Below are positions 63,290 to 64,000 of a stretch of DNA of 64,000 bases, one piece after another. The notes beneath the pieces are model-generated. The model saw only the letters and a list, made by a program, of their open reading frames with translations, had not been told where the DNA came from and did no database searches. Location: the NCBI GenBank assembly GCA_038240075.1, contig JBBSEC010000001.1:69151-133150 (forward strand). The letters are read 5' to 3'. Source of the DNA: Acidimicrobiia bacterium. GTDB lineage: Bacteria; Actinomycetota; Acidimicrobiia; IMCC26256; PALSA-610. The position numbers and the translations under genes were made by a program. Position 1 is the stretch's first letter, and each line of letters starts with the position of its first letter.

Positions 63290-64000
63290 GTGACGAAACC
63301 GTCGGCGAGGCGCGGCGCGGATCCCATCCCGCCGACGATTGCGTGGCGACGGGGGCGCATCCGCCTCGTCGACCAGCGTGCGCTCCCCGCGCGGCTGCGG
63401 TTCGTCGAATGCACGACCGTCGATCAACTCTGCGAGGCCATCGCGACGCTCGCGGTCAGAGGCGCGCCCGCCCTCGGCGCGGCGGGCGCGTTCGGTGTCG
63501 CCCTCGCGGCACGCAGTGCTGCACCGCTGCGCATGCGTTCGGTGCGCGCGGCCGGCCGCCGCATCGCGCGCACGCGCCCGACCGCGGTGAACCTCGGGTG
63601 GGGAGTCGACCGCGCGATTGCCGCGTGCGCCACCGGCGGCGCCGAGGGCGCGCTCGCGGAAGCCGAGCGCATCGCGGCTGCCGATGTCGCGCACAACCGG
63701 AGCATCGGATCGTTCGGGCGCGCGCTGGTACCGATCCGGGGACGCGTGTACACGCATTGCAACGCCGGTTCGCTCGCGACGGTCGGCTACGGAACCGCGC
63801 TCGGGATCGTGCGCGCCGCGGCCGAGGCCGGGCGCCGACCGAGTGTGTGGGTCGGCGAGACGCGGCCGCTGCTCCAGGGCGCGCGGCTCACGGCGTGGGA
63901 GCTCGACCGGCTCCGCATCGACGGCACGATCGTCGTCGACGGGGCGGCGGGCGCGCTCATGGCCGAGGGTCTCGTCGACGTCGTGCTCGTCGGTGCCGAC
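63290..64000 (+). CDS. mtnA: S-methyl-5-thioribose-1-phosphate isomerase (eIF-2B alpha/beta/delta family), N-terminal 237 codons; continues past the right edge
   Basis: Hand translation from GTG 63290: ...IAWRRGRIRLVDQRALP...AIATLAVRGAPALG...RPTAVNLGW...THCNAGSLATVGYGTALG...ETRPLLQGARLTAWEL...VLVGAD. Not in the ORF track because no stop lies inside the window. Confidence 0.8.
   Translation, partial: MTKPSARRGADPIPPTIAWRRGRIRLVDQRALPARLRFVECTTVDQLCEAIATLAVRGAPALGAAGAFGVALAARSAAPLRMRSVRAAGRRIARTRPTAVNLGWGVDRAIAACATGGAEGALAEAERIAAADVAHNRSIGSFGRALVPIRGRVYTHCNAGSLATVGYGTALGIVRAAAEAGRRPSVWVGETRPLLQGARLTAWELDRLRIDGTIVVDGAAGALMAEGLVDVVLVGAD

Noticed and set aside
1-64000. rRNA, tRNA, tmRNA, RNase P or SRP RNA genes
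   Set aside because: The longest non-coding gaps are about 110-170 nt (34458..34620, 45037..45207, 31656..31797, 60242..60375, 8533..8660). None shows a cloverleaf or other recognisable RNA-gene signature by eye. A tRNAscan/Infernal run would be needed to be definitive.

Overview
High-GC actinobacterial-type chromosomal DNA (GC judged by eye, not computed). Coding is almost gap-free. I call 60 protein-coding loci: 2 are disrupted and 2 are cut by the window edges. I saw no rRNA, tRNA or CRISPR. Many neighbours share 1-16 nt start/stop overlaps (ATGA/GTGA/TTGA), so most genes sit in tightly coupled operons. From about 33 to 62 kb the order matches, from memory, the conserved actinobacterial envelope/F420 neighbourhood of Mycobacterium: LCP, WbbL-like GT2, NDP-hexose pyrophosphorylase, fbiA/fbiB, pmm, PMI/PGI, sahH. 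Here it also carries a ugd/UDP-xylose-synthase pair, a 1082-aa GT2-membrane fusion with a DUF5719-like partner, ftsH and a GT-C-like membrane protein. No whiB sits in its usual slot. The left part is mostly housekeeping or metabolic: murA, nfu, meaB, crotonase, LLM oxidoreductase, galT, lpdA-like, accA/birA, pabBC. The least ordinary stretch is 17.1-23.6 kb. It runs GH30 lipoprotein, minimal nucleotidyltransferase, a stand-alone truncated GyrA/ParC-like protein that keeps the Arg-Tyr dyad, ECF sigma, Kelch/DUF4232 membrane protein, PadR, and a partner gene interrupted by an in-frame TGA. Non-coding oddities are a perfect 20-bp palindrome at 45142, five tandem 14-bp repeats at 58095, and a 16-bp perfect inverted repeat with a nested palindrome at 22335. 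All family assignments come from reading motifs in the supplied translations; no database search was run.
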